In this document: piece by piece, positions 13,251 through 25,400 of the stretch | How positions within the stretch are numbered: the first letter of the stretch is position 1 | Layout of the letters: each line of letters opens with the position of its first letter | Notes under the pieces: model-generated | Told to the model about the DNA's origin: nothing | Seen by the model: the letters and a program-made list of their open reading frames with translations, nothing else | Database searches by the model: none | Made by a program: the position numbers and the translations under genes | Source: Macrostomum hystrix | Taxonomy: Eukaryota > Animalia > Platyhelminthes | Length of the DNA stretch: 64,000 bases | Direction of reading: 5' to 3' | Assembly (NCBI GenBank): GCA_950097015.1 | Contig: CATNEN010000003.1 | Location: forward strand, 9,238,001 to 9,302,000

Positions 13251-14010
13251 GACTGGAGAGAGATTAGACACGGGATAGACGAGACTGGAGAGAGATTAGA
13301 CACAGGATAGACGAGACTGGATAGAGATTAGACACAGGATAGACGAGACTGGAGAGAGATTAGACACAGGATAGACGAGACTGGGGAGAGATTAGACACA
13401 GGATAGACGAGACTGGAGAGAGATTAGACACAGGATAGACGAGACTGGATAGAGATTAGACACAGGATAGACGAGACTGGAGAGAGATTAGACACAGGAT
13501 AGACGAGACTGGGGAGAGATTAGACACAGGATAGAATGAGACTGGGGAGAGATTAGACACGGGATAGTCGAGACTGGAGAGAGATTAGACACAGGATAGA
13601 CGAGACTGGAGAGAGATTAGACACAGGATAGACGAGACTGGGGAGAGATTAGACACAGGATAGAATGAGACTGGGGAGAGATTAGACACAGGATAGAATG
13701 AGACTGGGGAGAGATTAGACACGGGATAGTCGAGACTGGAGAGAGATTAGACACGGGATAGTCGAGACTGGAGAGAGATTAGACACAGGATAGACGAGAC
13801 TGGAGAGAGATTAGACACAGGATAGACGAGACTGGGGAGAGATTAGACACAGGATAGAATGAGACTGGGGAGAGATTAGACACGGGATAGTCGAGACTGG
13901 GGAGAGATTAGACACAGGATAGACGAGACTGGAGAGAGATTAAACACAGGATAGACGAGACTGGAGAGAGATTAGACACGGGATAGACGAGATTGGGGAG
14001 AGATTAGAAA
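13251..14010. repeat. 32-bp minisatellite GACTGGAGAGAGATTAGACACAGGATAGACGA
   Basis: Tandem units visible, just downstream of the synaptotagmin-like stop codon. Confidence 0.9.
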
Positions 14011-14196
14011 GGGGAGACGAGAGAGATGAGGCAGGAGAAAGGTTAGAAAGGGGAGAGACGAGACAGGGGAGAGATGATACGGAAGATCAGACAAATTACG
14101 GATCTGACCCGCTGGCCAGAGGTTGTCGACCCTTGAATGAAGTGAAAATTCAGCAATGATTGTCTTCGCGGGGGCATGATAGGATCAAGATGATTT

Positions 14197-14513
14197 CTAG
14201 CACAGCTTGTGCCAGTAAGCTAAAGGAGTCCTAGGCCGAGACTGCATCTCAGTCCAGTGTACTTTACCGCTGCCATAGCAACTGCTGGAGAAGATCACGT
14301 AGCCCAAGCAGGTGTCAAGATCTGGCCGAATCTTCTTCTTGAGGTGGCAATTCATCAACGACACGATCAGGGTCACACGGTCCAGACTGTGCCTCGGCAG
14401 GTTGATGGTGACAGAATCGTTGAACACTGGCCTGGATGACTCATCGAAGATTCTGGTGCGCTTCTTGAATGCAGGCGATCCATTGGCCAGCAACACCACG
14501 TGCAGGTAGGGCG
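14197..14513 (-). CDS. Synaptotagmin-like protein, last exon (C2B: PYLHVVLL...KKRTR...PVFND...HWTEMQSRPRTPLAYWHKL)
   Basis: Typical C2B motifs and the synaptotagmin C-terminal WHxL motif; acceptor ctccccag|, phase 1. Confidence 0.85.
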
Positions 14514-14699
14514 CTGGGGAGTGGTGTGAGGGTTGCGGCCAGTGTCTCATTAAGGGGTGTTAGGCTGGTAGGATGTTAAGGCTGCAAAACAATTTAACAC
14601 TTTCATGCATTGCTACTCCGGGAATTAAAGTGGTGTCTAGGCTGAGGGTTTTTAGGTTAATGGATCTAGACTGTAGGATCTAGGTTTTAGGAACTAAGT

Positions 14700-15380
14700 T
14701 GTGGGATCTGGGTTGTAGGATCTGGGTTGTTGGATCTAGGTTGTTGGATCTGGGTTGTTGGATCTGGGTTGTTGGATCTGGGTTGTAGGATCTGGGTTGT
14801 TGGATCTGGGTTGTTGGATCTGGGTTGTTGGATCTGGGTTGTTGGATCTGGGTTGTTGGATCTGGGTTGTAGGATCTGGGTTGTAGGATCTGGGTTGTTG
14901 GATCTGGGTTGTAGGATCTGGGTTGTAGGATCTGGATTGTAGGATCTGGGTTGTTGGATCTGGGTTGTTGGATCTGGGTTGTAGGATCTGGGTTGTTGGA
15001 TCTGGGTTGTAGGATCTGGGTTGTAGGATCTGGGTTGTTGGATCTGGGTTGTAGGATCTGGGTTGTAGGATCTGGATTGTAGGATCTGGGTTGTTGGATC
15101 TGGGTTGTTGGATCTGGGTTGTTGGATCTGGGTTGTAGGATCTGGGTTGTTGGATCTGGGTTGTAGGATCTGGGTTGTAGGATCTGGATTGTAGGATCTG
15201 GGTTGTTGGATCTGGGTTGTTGGATCTGGGTTGTTGGATCTGGGTTGTAGGATCTATGTTTTAGGATCTGGGTTGTGGGATCTACGCTTGTAGGTTGTAG
15301 GATCTAGGATGTGGGATCTAGGTTGTGAATCTAGGTTGTGGGATCTAGTTTATGGGATCTGGGTTGTAGGATCTAGTTTG
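14700..15380. repeat. 14-bp minisatellite GGATCTGGGTTGT(T/A), intronic
   Basis: Tandem units visible. Confidence 0.9.
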
Positions 15381-15873
15381 TTTGATCTCGGTTATGGGAG
15401 TTGAGTCTCGGCTATTGAACTTACCAATAGCTCGTTTATTCTAGCTCTGCATAGCTGTTGGGAGTTAATTAAACTAAATCCTTATGTAATGGAAGTACAT
15501 TAGCACCCTTTTAACTTGATCGAAAAGTGGTTCTGGTGCAGACCTTGCGGTTTAGGCAAACAAACTCAGTCTTGCTAATAATCGACCATAATTAGTCATG
15601 CAGTGTTTTTGTCGCACTAGGAAAGACAATTCAAATATTACGTTCAAGTTGACAGGAATACACGCATGCACAAACAGAAATAAAGACGCTTGTCAAGACA
15701 AACTCCAAAACAAACACATATACGAGCGTAGGTTGGAAGCAATCTAATATTATGCAAACAGAAGACTACGAGTATCTGTCTGGACAATACAGCACAGAAT
15801 AATCGTATTGCAACGACACAACCTTGAAGCATTGATTTCGGCGAATCGATAAGCGAATTAACTGTTAACGTAC

Positions 15874-15985
15874 CCGGACTACGGCGCTCTTGTGTGAGCA
15901 CATTGTTCGCTTTTAGTAGCATCACAATTAGTCTCTCAGCGGTGGGCATGTAGTGAAGTGCTATTAAAATTTCACCCTTCTCCGT
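15874..15985 (-). CDS. Synaptotagmin-like protein, C2B first exon (TEKGEILIALHYMPTAERLIVMLLKANN)
   Basis: Matches the synaptotagmin GEIxxSLxYxPTAxRLTV motif; tttcag| acceptor and G|gtacgt donor. Confidence 0.85.
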
Positions 15986-16039
15986 CTGAAAGGAAAATGT
16001 TAGGTTTTTCTGGAGCCTGTGGTTTGTAGTGAATTAGTA

Positions 16040-16760
16040 GGGGTTTCAGAGCCTCTTGGAGGTTTCAGAGACTCTTGGAGGTTTCAGAGACTCTTGGAGG
16101 TTTCAGAGTCTGTCTTGGAGGTTTCAGAGACTCTTGGAGGTTTCAGAGACTCTTGGAGGTTTCAGAGACTCTTGGAGGTTTCAGAGAATGTCTTGGAGGT
16201 TTCAGAGACTGTCTTGGAGGTTTCAGAGACTGTCTTGGAGGTTTCAGAGACTCTTGGAGGTTTCAGAGACTCTTGGAGGTTTCAGAGACTGTCTTGGAGG
16301 TTTCAGAGCCTCTTGGAGGTTTCAGAGACTGTCTTGGAGGTTTCAGAGACTCTTGGAGGTTTCAGAGACTGTCTTGGAGGTTTCAGAGACTGTCTTGGAG
16401 GTTTCAGAGACTGTCTTGGAGGTTTCAGAGACTGTCTTGGAGGTTTCAGAGACTCTTGGAGGTTTCAGAGACTCTTGGAGGTTTCAGAGACTGTCTTGGA
16501 GGTTTCAGAGCCTCTTGGAGGTTTCAGAGACTGTCTTGGAGGTTTCAGAGACTGTCTTGGAGGTTTCAGAGACTCTTAAAGGTTTCCGAGACTCTTGGAG
16601 GTTTCAGAGACTGTCTTGGAGGTTTCAGAGACTCTTGGAGGTTTCAGAGACTCTTGGAGGTTTCAGAGACTGTCTTGGAGGTTTCAGAGACTGTCTTGGG
16701 GGTTTCAGAGACTCTTCTTGGAGGTTTCAGAGACTCTTGCAGGTTTGTCAAGAGACTCTT
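16040..16760. repeat. 19/21-bp minisatellite TCTTGGAGGTTTCAGAGAC(TG), intronic
   Basis: Tandem units of two interspersed lengths. Confidence 0.9.
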
Positions 16761-16793
16761 GGTGGGGGATCTGTGGACTAGGAGTGAACCAAC

Positions 16794-17234
16794 CAGTGGC
16801 GGCTCGCTCATGACGCTGTTGTACTGCACAGTCTGCTCTGACTCAGTCGGAAGTGGCACCCGAACTTCGCCAACGATTCGCTCCCGACTGAACCGGTCAA
16901 AGTCCAGGCACTGGATGCACAGGCTCAGATTGCTGGCTGCGACATCAGCTGGCATCGGCATTATCAGGGTCTCGTTGAACACTGGCGACATGGTCTGGCA
17001 GATGATGCGAGTCCTGACTTCGGCTAAGACCTGTTGTCCAGCCGCGCTTAACTGAACTTGGGCGAAATTGTTGTGACAAAGACCCAGCTTTGGCCCGGGT
17101 GTGCCGTCAGCTTTGTACAGGTAGACCACCAGACAGTCAGTCTGGCGAGTCACTGAGAAGGTCAGCGTCACGTAGGGCTTCGGCTCCGCTTCGAAGCGTT
17201 TCTGCTCCCACGCCTTCGGATAGGCTGCCATGGT
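16794..17234 (-). CDS. Synaptotagmin-like protein, C2A exon (5' boundary uncertain)
   Basis: C2A motifs RTRII-QTMSPVFNETL and DFDRFSRERIVGEV; donor CTG|gttggt; acceptor ccgcag| assumed, and a small extra exon near 17313-17358 is possible. Confidence 0.75.
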
Positions 17235-17447
17235 CTGCGGCGCGTCGACTTGAGGCTGCTCCAGCGTCGAATCAATTTGTGAGGCGGATCAGATCAGAGT
17301 TCTAGGCCATACTTCCAGTCCAAATATGTGTTACTAAAGTATCAGAGTCTGCTAACTCCTGAACACACACACGCACTCAGTCATCGTCATATTGCTGCGA
17401 GGTGGGCCGTGGTAGTTAATGCCTAACGACCAAAATTAATAATTAGG

Positions 17448-17667
17448 AAGACCACGGAGTACTTCAAATACCCACATTTTTCATTCTCTGAATTTCCCAA
17501 AATATGCAACTAATCGCCATGAAAAACCGGGTCGATAGTTTTCCACTCTATCCGATAAAACAACTTCCAGAATCACGAACTTGTGTCAGCTATTATTGTA
17601 GAAATTTATAGTATTGATCATATAGTTAATTATTATACTATGGAACCAATATGGAGTCGCTGTAGAG

Positions 17668-17748
<81 letters not shown>

Positions 17749-18306
17749 TGCAGGAGGGCTGCGGGCAGTGGCACATCATTTGGTGACACTAGACCCGCAG
17801 CCAGCGAGGAGGCAATTCTGCCCATTTCGCTGACTCCTGAGCACACACGCACACAGATACTGTACGCAGGCACACGCTCACACAGGTGTGTACATCTGCC
17901 CTGACTTTCTCATCGTCAGGCAGTGTACACTTCACTGTGCCTTTGAGGTTGGCCCTCAAGGGCGTAAATTGCACGACAAGCCCCTTGAGCCTTCCCAAAT
18001 GAATGTGGCCTCGCCGTGGAATCGAACTTCGGGACCGCAATGCGAGAGGCAAACGCGTTAACCGCTCTGCCACCGACCCCCCGCCATAGAGGTTTACACA
18101 GAGCTATCTCATTTTGTCCTCGTCACAATGGTCTTTGACGAAAATCGCTGAAAATCTCAACGATGCTGACTTCGGACGGCTTTGAAAAAAAGTTTATCGA
18201 AAAAACGAAAAATTGATCACTATGGTGGACTTTTACGAAAATCGATCATTAGGTTTGGGAGCTATCGTTAAGTAGGCAGTGGGTATTTGAAATACCCCGT
18301 GGTCTT
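17448..18306. mobile_element. MITE-like non-autonomous element with 28-bp terminal inverted repeats, interrupted by a SINE
   Basis: 17448-17475 aagaccacggagtacttcaaatacccac versus 18279-18306 gtgggtatttgaaataccccgtggtctt (26/28 complementary); no clear TSD. Confidence 0.6.
17671..18086 (-). mobile_element. Full-length tRNA-derived SINE, family 1, with (TTA)n tail and 8-bp TSD
   Basis: A box TGGCAGAGCGG and B box AGTTCGATTCC on the - strand; tail at 17671-17747; TAGAGGTT direct repeat at 17663-17670 and 18087-18094. Confidence 0.85.
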
Positions 18307-18590
18307 TATCCAGGTGGGAAAATAGTGTGGTCTTTATCCAGGTGGGAAAATAGTGTGGTCTTTATCCAGGTGGGAAAATAGTGTGGTCTTTATCCAGATG
18401 GGAAAATAGTGTGGTCTTTATCCAGGTGGGAAAATAGTGTGGTCTTTATCCAGGTGGGAAAATAGTGTGGTCTTTATCCAGGTGGGAAAATAGTGTGGTC
18501 TTTATCCAGGTGGGAAAATAGTGTGGTCTTTATCCAGGTGGGAAAATAGTGTGGTCTTTATCCAGGTGGGAAAATAGTGTGGTCTTTCTC
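18299..18590. repeat. 28-bp minisatellite GTGGTCTTTATCCAGGTGGGAAAATAGT
   Basis: About 10 near-perfect units, starting inside the right MITE TIR. Confidence 0.9.
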
Positions 18591-18701
18591 CTGCTAATGG
18601 AGAATTCAAGCACGAGGACCATGGCGAAACTAAAGCCACTCACAGCGTGTGTATTGATGCTTTAATTCATATTGATGCAGAGAATCGATAATTAAACTCA
18701 C

Positions 18702-18799
18702 CTGAACACCACCGTAAGGCAGCTTCTCATTGGTATTGATAGACGAGGCTTCGTCTGAGCAGCAGTCTCTCAAACAGTTGTTCGACTCCTTGGCCCGTT
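18702..18799 (-). CDS. Synaptotagmin-like protein, exon 2 (linker)
   Basis: ttgcag| acceptor, CAG|gtgagt donor, open frame KRAKESNNCLRDCCSDEASSINTNEKLPYGGVQ. Confidence 0.7.
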
Positions 18800-18901
18800 C
18801 TGCAATTCAAATACAATAAGCAAGGCTAAATCAAATCTGACTAAAAGATTTTGTCATGCCATTCTGTCATGCCCCAATGAGTATTGCGACGCAACACTTA
18901 C

Positions 18902-19046
18902 TGCCAGAGTTTCGTCTGACGCAACGATCTAGAGCCCTCTGCAGCGGACAGCACGGACACAGCAGGCACAGCAGAAAACCGAATACAGAAATGAAGCAGG
19001 CAATCACAACGCAGATGACGGTGACTTTGGCATCTTCCGACAGCAT
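18902..19046 (-). CDS. Synaptotagmin-like protein, exon 1 (N-terminal transmembrane helix plus Cys cluster)
   Basis: MLSEDAKVTVICVVIACFISVFGFLLCLLCPCCP; donor A|gtaagt; an upstream 5' exon cannot be excluded. Confidence 0.7.
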
Positions 19047-20029
19047 GCCTTTGTCTTTATTATTCAGGAAATGCAACAAATGCTACTAATTTGTATAAAA
19101 TTTTATGTTTGGTAAATGCAAATCGAACTACAAAGCTAGTGATACCAAGATGTCAAGTTTGATCGCCGCGAAGACCATTGCTTTTGGTTCTCCTACTTAA
19201 AAACGCGCACTTAAATTAAATTATTTTGTATCTAAAACTCAGCAAACACAAATAAGATGTTGACAATATTGCGCTTGTGGTCTTCCTCTTAAATTGTGTT
19301 TCGTGTAACACAAGCCTTCTATTGCCTGACGTGTACTCGCAGAGTCTCTCTGTGTCTGAGAATTCTTCTCAGGGACAAAAGAGACTTGCAGTTATGCACA
19401 TTGCACAGCTACTCGTCACTGACCACAAACATCTGCTGCACGTGTTTCATAGCTCTGCTTAGCTGGCACTGTACTCTGTTGAGCAGAAGTTGATGACTCG
19501 ACGTGCATCTCTTCAGGTCTTTCATTTCTACATTAGAAATTCATTTTTCCTGTCTCTCGCTCCGTTTTTTTCTGCACATTTTCCTTTGCCTATTTCTATT
19601 TTTCTTCTGTTCACTTCTCCAGGTTTGTACTGCTTTTCCGCTTTTTAAAACAAAAATAGAACATTTTTAGCATTCATAGGATCTTTGAGATAAGCAATTA
19701 GTTACTACTAATAGTATGCAGCTGCGAGCGAATAGCATTTTATTCAATCTATAGAATAGATCCTATCTATCTACAAGAATATCTATCCATTCATCATTCA
19801 GCTTTCTGAGTTCAAGGCCAGACTAGCAATCTAAGCTGAAGCGTTTTCAACTCACGCTTTCTTTAAATTAAAAACACTATTGTGCCAGGCTGAATGCAGT
19901 AAATTGATGGAGAAAACTAGAGGCTGACGACCTTAACTGTTTTCTTTCGGCTAAAATAACAATAATAACATTCACAAGCAATAAGACTAGATAGAAGCTC
20001 ATAGAAATATTACCATAGAAATATTACCA

Positions 20030-21565
20030 AGCTGAAAAGAAACTTCCTAAACAAATAAGGAAATTTACCTAAACAAAATGAAACTTTTCAAACTGAAAAG
20101 AAACTTCCTAAACCGAAAGGAAACTTCCCAAACAAATATGGAACTTCCCGAAGCGAAAGGAAACTTCCCAAACCAAAAGGAAAATTACGAAGCCAAATGG
20201 GAAGCTTCCCAAAAGAAAAGGAAACTTTTCAAACCGAAAGGAAACTTCCTAAACTAAAAGGAAACTTCCCAAACTAAAAGGAAACTTCCCAAACTAAAAA
20301 GAAACTTCCCAAACTAAAAGGAAATTTCCCAAACTAAAAGGAAACTTCCCAAACTAAAAGGAAACTTCCTAAACTTAAAGGAAACTTCCTAAACTAAAAG
20401 GAAACTTCCCAAACTAAAAGGAAACTTCCCAAACTAAAAAGAAACTTCCCAAACTAAAAGGAAACTTCCCAAACTAAAAGGAAACTTCCCAAACTAAAAG
20501 GAAACTTCCTAAACTTAAAGGAAACTTCCCAAACAGAATGGAAACTTCCCAAACGAGAGGAAACTTCCCAAACCGAAAGGAAACTTCCCAAACTAAACGG
20601 AAACATCCGAAACCAAGAAAAAGCTCCGAAACCAAAAAGAAACTTAGAAAACGAAAAGAAAACGTCTAAAACATAAAGGAAACTTGTAAAAAAATAATGA
20701 TTTCCTTAACCAAAGAGGAGCTTCCAAAACCAAAAGGAAACTTCCCAAACCGACAGGAAACTTCCCAAATCAAAAGGATACTTCCCAAACTTAAAGGAAA
20801 CTTCCTAAGCTTAAAGGAAACTTCACAAACTTAAAGGAAACTTCCCGAACCGAAGGGAAACTTTTTAAACCGAAAGGAAACCTCTAAAAAAATAATAATT
20901 TCTGAACCAAAGGGAGGCTTCGAAAACGAAAAGGAAACTTCCCAAACCGAAAGGAAACTTCCCAAACCGAATGGAAACGTCCCAAACCGAAAGGAAACTT
21001 CCCAAACCGAAAGGAAACTTCCCAAACCGAAAGGAAACTTCCCAAACCGAAAGGAAACGTCCCAAACTTAAAGGAAACTTCCCAAACAGAATGAAAACTT
21101 CCCAAACAGAATGAAAACTTCCCAAACAGAATGAAAACTTCCCAAACGAAAGAAAACTTCCCAAACCGTAAGGAACTTCCCAAACCGAAAGAAAATGTCC
21201 CAAGCCAAAAGGCAAAAGGAAAATTTTCAAACCGAAAGGCAACTTCCCAAACTTAAAGGAAGCTTCCTAAACTTAAAGGAAACTTCCCAAATCAAAGGGA
21301 AACTTCCCAAACTAAAAGGAAACTTCCCAAACCAAAAGGAAACTTCCCAAACCGAAAGGAAACATCCCAAACCGAAAGGAAACTTCCCAAACCGAAAGGA
21401 AACATCCCAAACCGAAAGGAAACTTCCCAAACCGAAAGGAAACTTCCCAAACTAAATGGAAACTTCCCAAATCAGGAACAAACTTCCTAATCCAAGAAAA
21501 ATCTCCGAAACCAAAAGGAAACTTCCCAAACTTGACAGAAACTTTTCAAACCGGACAGAAACTTC
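20030..21565. repeat. 20-bp minisatellite GGAAACTTCCCAAAC(T/C)(A/G)AAA
   Basis: Tandem units, degenerate at the edges. Confidence 0.9.
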
Positions 21566-22469
21566 CCTCGTACAAAGACAGAAAACTTCTGAACAATATT
21601 TTCGTAGTTCCTGACAATAGTACCCTGACACATCACATACCCGCTTTGTGACTGTATAGGGCCTATTTAAGTTTAATTATTTAAAGTTTAACGAGAATGA
21701 AACACAATCGTCCGTCAAAAAGCAACAAGTAGAAGCAGGAAGTTCTTGAGTTGCTAATGTGGACATTGTGCGGATATAAGCATCAATAAACTGCAACTCT
21801 ATGGAGTCATGACTGGAACTAAGACTCAACTACTTGAACTCACTCTTCGATAATTTTTTGTGTGAGTTGCTATCGAAAAAGTCTTAAAAATTGTGCTTCT
21901 ATTCGACTGAAGAATGTAGCAATTGTAAGCAATTTTTGTGTGTTTCATAACTTCCTGCAATGCAATGATAACTTCCAATGCCTTGAGGCGCTGGAAATGG
22001 CCAATGAAAGGGAACAACTAGAACTCGGACTGGCTGAGGGGGTTGGACAGAACAGGTCTACCCCTGGATTCATCCAGATTCTGGGACACTGCAGGACAGG
22101 AAGCATTAAAACTGGGACCAAATTCAAAGAACTGGGCCCTATAAATGCCAGACAGATGCAAGCCATTATTACTTACCGTATCGAGGAAAAACTTCTAACT
22201 TGCAATGCTTAATTTGGTCCGAAAGAAGGCAGTACATCTCAGTAAACCTCTTTGGTTTCCTAGCTGTATGATTGAACCGACACTTCGCTGACTCATTTTC
22301 CAAGCAAAAATATGCTTTTCCAAGCTCTAGTAGGCGGCGATCATAAAGCTAGATCACCAAAGGTGCTCACTGTAGATTGACCAACACTGTCAGCAGTTCG
22401 GTAAGTGATTGCCTTTTCCTACAAATAATAGACTCTTATTTTGATCGATTAAAAGTCCTCTAGCTAGAT

Positions 22470-25400
22470 GCTCTATTTCCTGTCTTTCAGTTTCAACTGT
22501 TTCCTGTCTTTCTATTCCTCTGTTTCCTGTCTTTCTATTCCTAGACTATTTCCTGTCTTTCTGTTCCTCTATTTCCCATCTTTCTATTCCTCTTTTTCCT
22601 GTCTTTCCGTTCCTCTATTTCCTGTCTTTCTGTTCCTCTATTTCCTGTCTTTCTATTCCTCTATTTCCTGTCTTTATGTTTCAACAGTTTCCTGTCTTTC
22701 TATTCCTCTATTTCCTGTCTTTCTGTTCCTCAATTTCCTATCTTTCTATTCCTCTATTTCCTGTCTTTATGTTTCAACTGTTTCCTGTCTTTCTATTCCT
22801 CTATTTCCTGTCTTTAAGTTTCAACTGTTTCCTGTCTTTCTATTCCTCTATTTCCTGTCTTTCTGTTCCTCAATTTCCTATCTTTCTATTCCTCTATTTC
22901 CTGTCTTTCTATTCCTCTTTTTCCTGTCTTTTTGTTCCTCTATTTCCTGTCTTTCTATTCCTCTATTTCCTGTCTTTCTATTCCTCTATTTCCTGTCTTT
23001 CTGTTCCACTATTTCCCGTCTTTCTGTTCCTCTATTTCCTGTCTTTCTGTTCCTCTATTTCCTGTCTTTCTGTTCCTCTATTTCCTGTCTTTCTGTTCCT
23101 CTATTTCCTGTCTTTCTGTTCCTCTATTTCCTGTCTTTCTGTTCCTCTTTTTCCTGTCTTTCTGTTCTTCAATTTCCTGTCTTTCTGTTCCTCAATTTCC
23201 TGTCTTTCTATTCCTCTATTTCCTGTCTTTATGTTTCAACAGTTTCCTGTCTTTCTGTTCCTCTATTTCCTGTCTTTCTGTTCCTCTATTTCCTGTCTTT
23301 CTGTTCCTCTATTTCCTGTCTTTCTATTCCTCTATTTCCTGTCTTTCTATTCCTCTATTTCCTGTCTTTCTATTCCTCTATTTCCTGTCTTTTTGTTCCT
23401 CTATTTCCTGTCTTTCTGTTCCTTAATTTCCTGTCTTTCTGTTCCTCTATTTCCTGTCTTTCTGTTCCTCTATTTCCTGTCTTTCTGTTCCTCAATTTCC
23501 TGTCTTTCTATTCTTCTATTTCCCGTCATTCTGTTCTTCAATTTCCTGTCTTTCTATTCTTCTATTTCCTGTCTTTCTGTTCTTCTATTTCCTGTCTTTC
23601 TGTTCTTCTATTTCCTGTCTTTCTGTTCTTCAATTTCCTGTCTTTCTATTCCTCTATTTCCTGTCTTTCTGTTCCTCTTTTTCCTGTCTTTCTGTTCTTC
23701 AATTTCCTGTCTTTCTGTTCCTCAATTTCCTGTCTTTCTATTCCTCTATTTCCTGTCTTTATGTTTCAACAGTTTCCTGTCTTTCTGTTCCTCTATTTCC
23801 TGTCTTTCTGTTCCTCTATTTCCTGTCTTTCTGTTCCTCTATTTCCTGTCTTTCTATTCCTCTATTTCCTGTCTTTCTATTCCTCTATTTCCTGTCTTTC
23901 TATTCCTCTATTTCCTGTCTTTTTGTTCCTCTATTTCCTGTCTTTCTGTTCCTTAATTTCCTGTCTTTCTGTTCCTCTATTTCCTGTCTTTCTGTTCCTC
24001 TATTTCCTGTCTTTCTGTTCCTCAATTTCCTGTCTTTCTATTCTTCTATTTCCCGTCTTTCTGTTCTTCAATTTCCTGTCTTTCTATTCTTCTATTTCCT
24101 GTCTTTCTGTTCTTCTATTTCCTGTCTTTCTGTTCTTCTATTTCCTGTCTTTCTGTTCTTCAATTTCCTGTCTTTCTATTCCTCTATTTCCTGTCTTTCT
24201 ATTCCTCTATTTCCTGTCTTTCTGTTCCTCAATTTTCTGTCTTTCTATTCTTCTATTTCCTGTCTTTCTGTTCTTCTATTTCCTGTCTTTCTGTTCCTCT
24301 ATTTCCTGTCTTTGTATTCCTCTATTTCCTGTCTTTCTGTTCCTCAATTTTCTGTCTTTCTATTCTTCTATTTCCCGTCTTTCTGTTCTTCAATTTCCTG
24401 TCTTTCTATTCTTCTATTTCCTGTCTTTCTGTTCTTCTATTTCCTGTCTTTCTGTTCTTCTATTTCCTGTCTTTCTGTTCTTCAATTTCCTGTCTTTCTA
24501 TTCCTCTATTTCCTGTCTTTCTATTCCTCTATTTCCTGTCTTTCTGTTCCTCAATTTTCTGTCTTTCTATTCTTCTATTTCCTGTCTTTCTGTTCTTCTA
24601 TTTCCTGTCTTTCTGTTCCTCTATTTCCTGTCTTTGTATTCCTCTATTTCCTGTCTTTCTGTTCCTCTATTTTCTGTCTTTCTATTCTTCTATTTCCTGT
24701 CTTTCTGTTCCTCAATTTCCTATCTTTCTATTTCTCTATTTCCTGTCTTTCTATTCCTCTTTTTCCTGTCTTTTTGTTCCTCTATTTCCTGTCTTTCTAT
24801 TCCTCTATTTCCTGTCTTTCTGTTCCTCTATTTCCTGTCTTTCTGTTCCTCTATTTCCCGTCTTTCTGTTCCTCTATTTCCTGTCTTTCTGTTCCTCTAT
24901 TTCCTGTCTTTCTGTTCCTCTATTTCCTGTCTTTCTGTTCCTCTATTTCCTGTCTTTCTGTTCCTCTATTTCCTGTCTTTCTGTTCCTCTTTTTCCTGTC
25001 TTTCTGTTCTTCAATTTCCTGTCTTTCTGTTCCTCAATTTCCTGTCTTTCTATTCCTCTATTTCCTGTCTTTATGTTTCAACAGTTTCCTGTCTTTCTGT
25101 TCCTCTATTTCCTGTCTTTCTGTTCCTCTATTTCCTGTCTTTCTGTTCCTCTATTTCCTGTCTTTCTATTCCTCTATTTCCTGTCTTTCTATTCCTCTAT
25201 TTCCTGTCTTTCTATTCCTCTATTTCCTGTCTTTTTGTTCCTCTATTTCCTGTCTTTCTGTTCCTTAATTTCCTGTCTTTCTGTTCCTCTATTTCCTGTC
25301 TTTCTGTTCCTCTATTTCCTGTCTTTCTGTTCCTCAATTTCCTGTCTTTCTATTCTTCTATTTCCCGTCTTTCTGTTCTTCAATTTCCTGTCTTTCTATT

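Noticed and set aside
9440-13990. Regular 31-55-bp repeats as possible CRISPR arrays
   Set aside because: Head-to-tail units with no unique spacers, no cas genes, and a eukaryotic context.
17586-17873. Poly-Leu membrane protein ORF
   Set aside because: Translation of the SINE (TTA)n tail.
18000-18086. tRNA gene
   Set aside because: Has A and B boxes but continues into a repeated SINE body with tail and TSD; no convincing cloverleaf.
21780-22240. Short ORFs as a possible retroelement or endonuclease remnant
   Set aside because: No motif I can identify with confidence.
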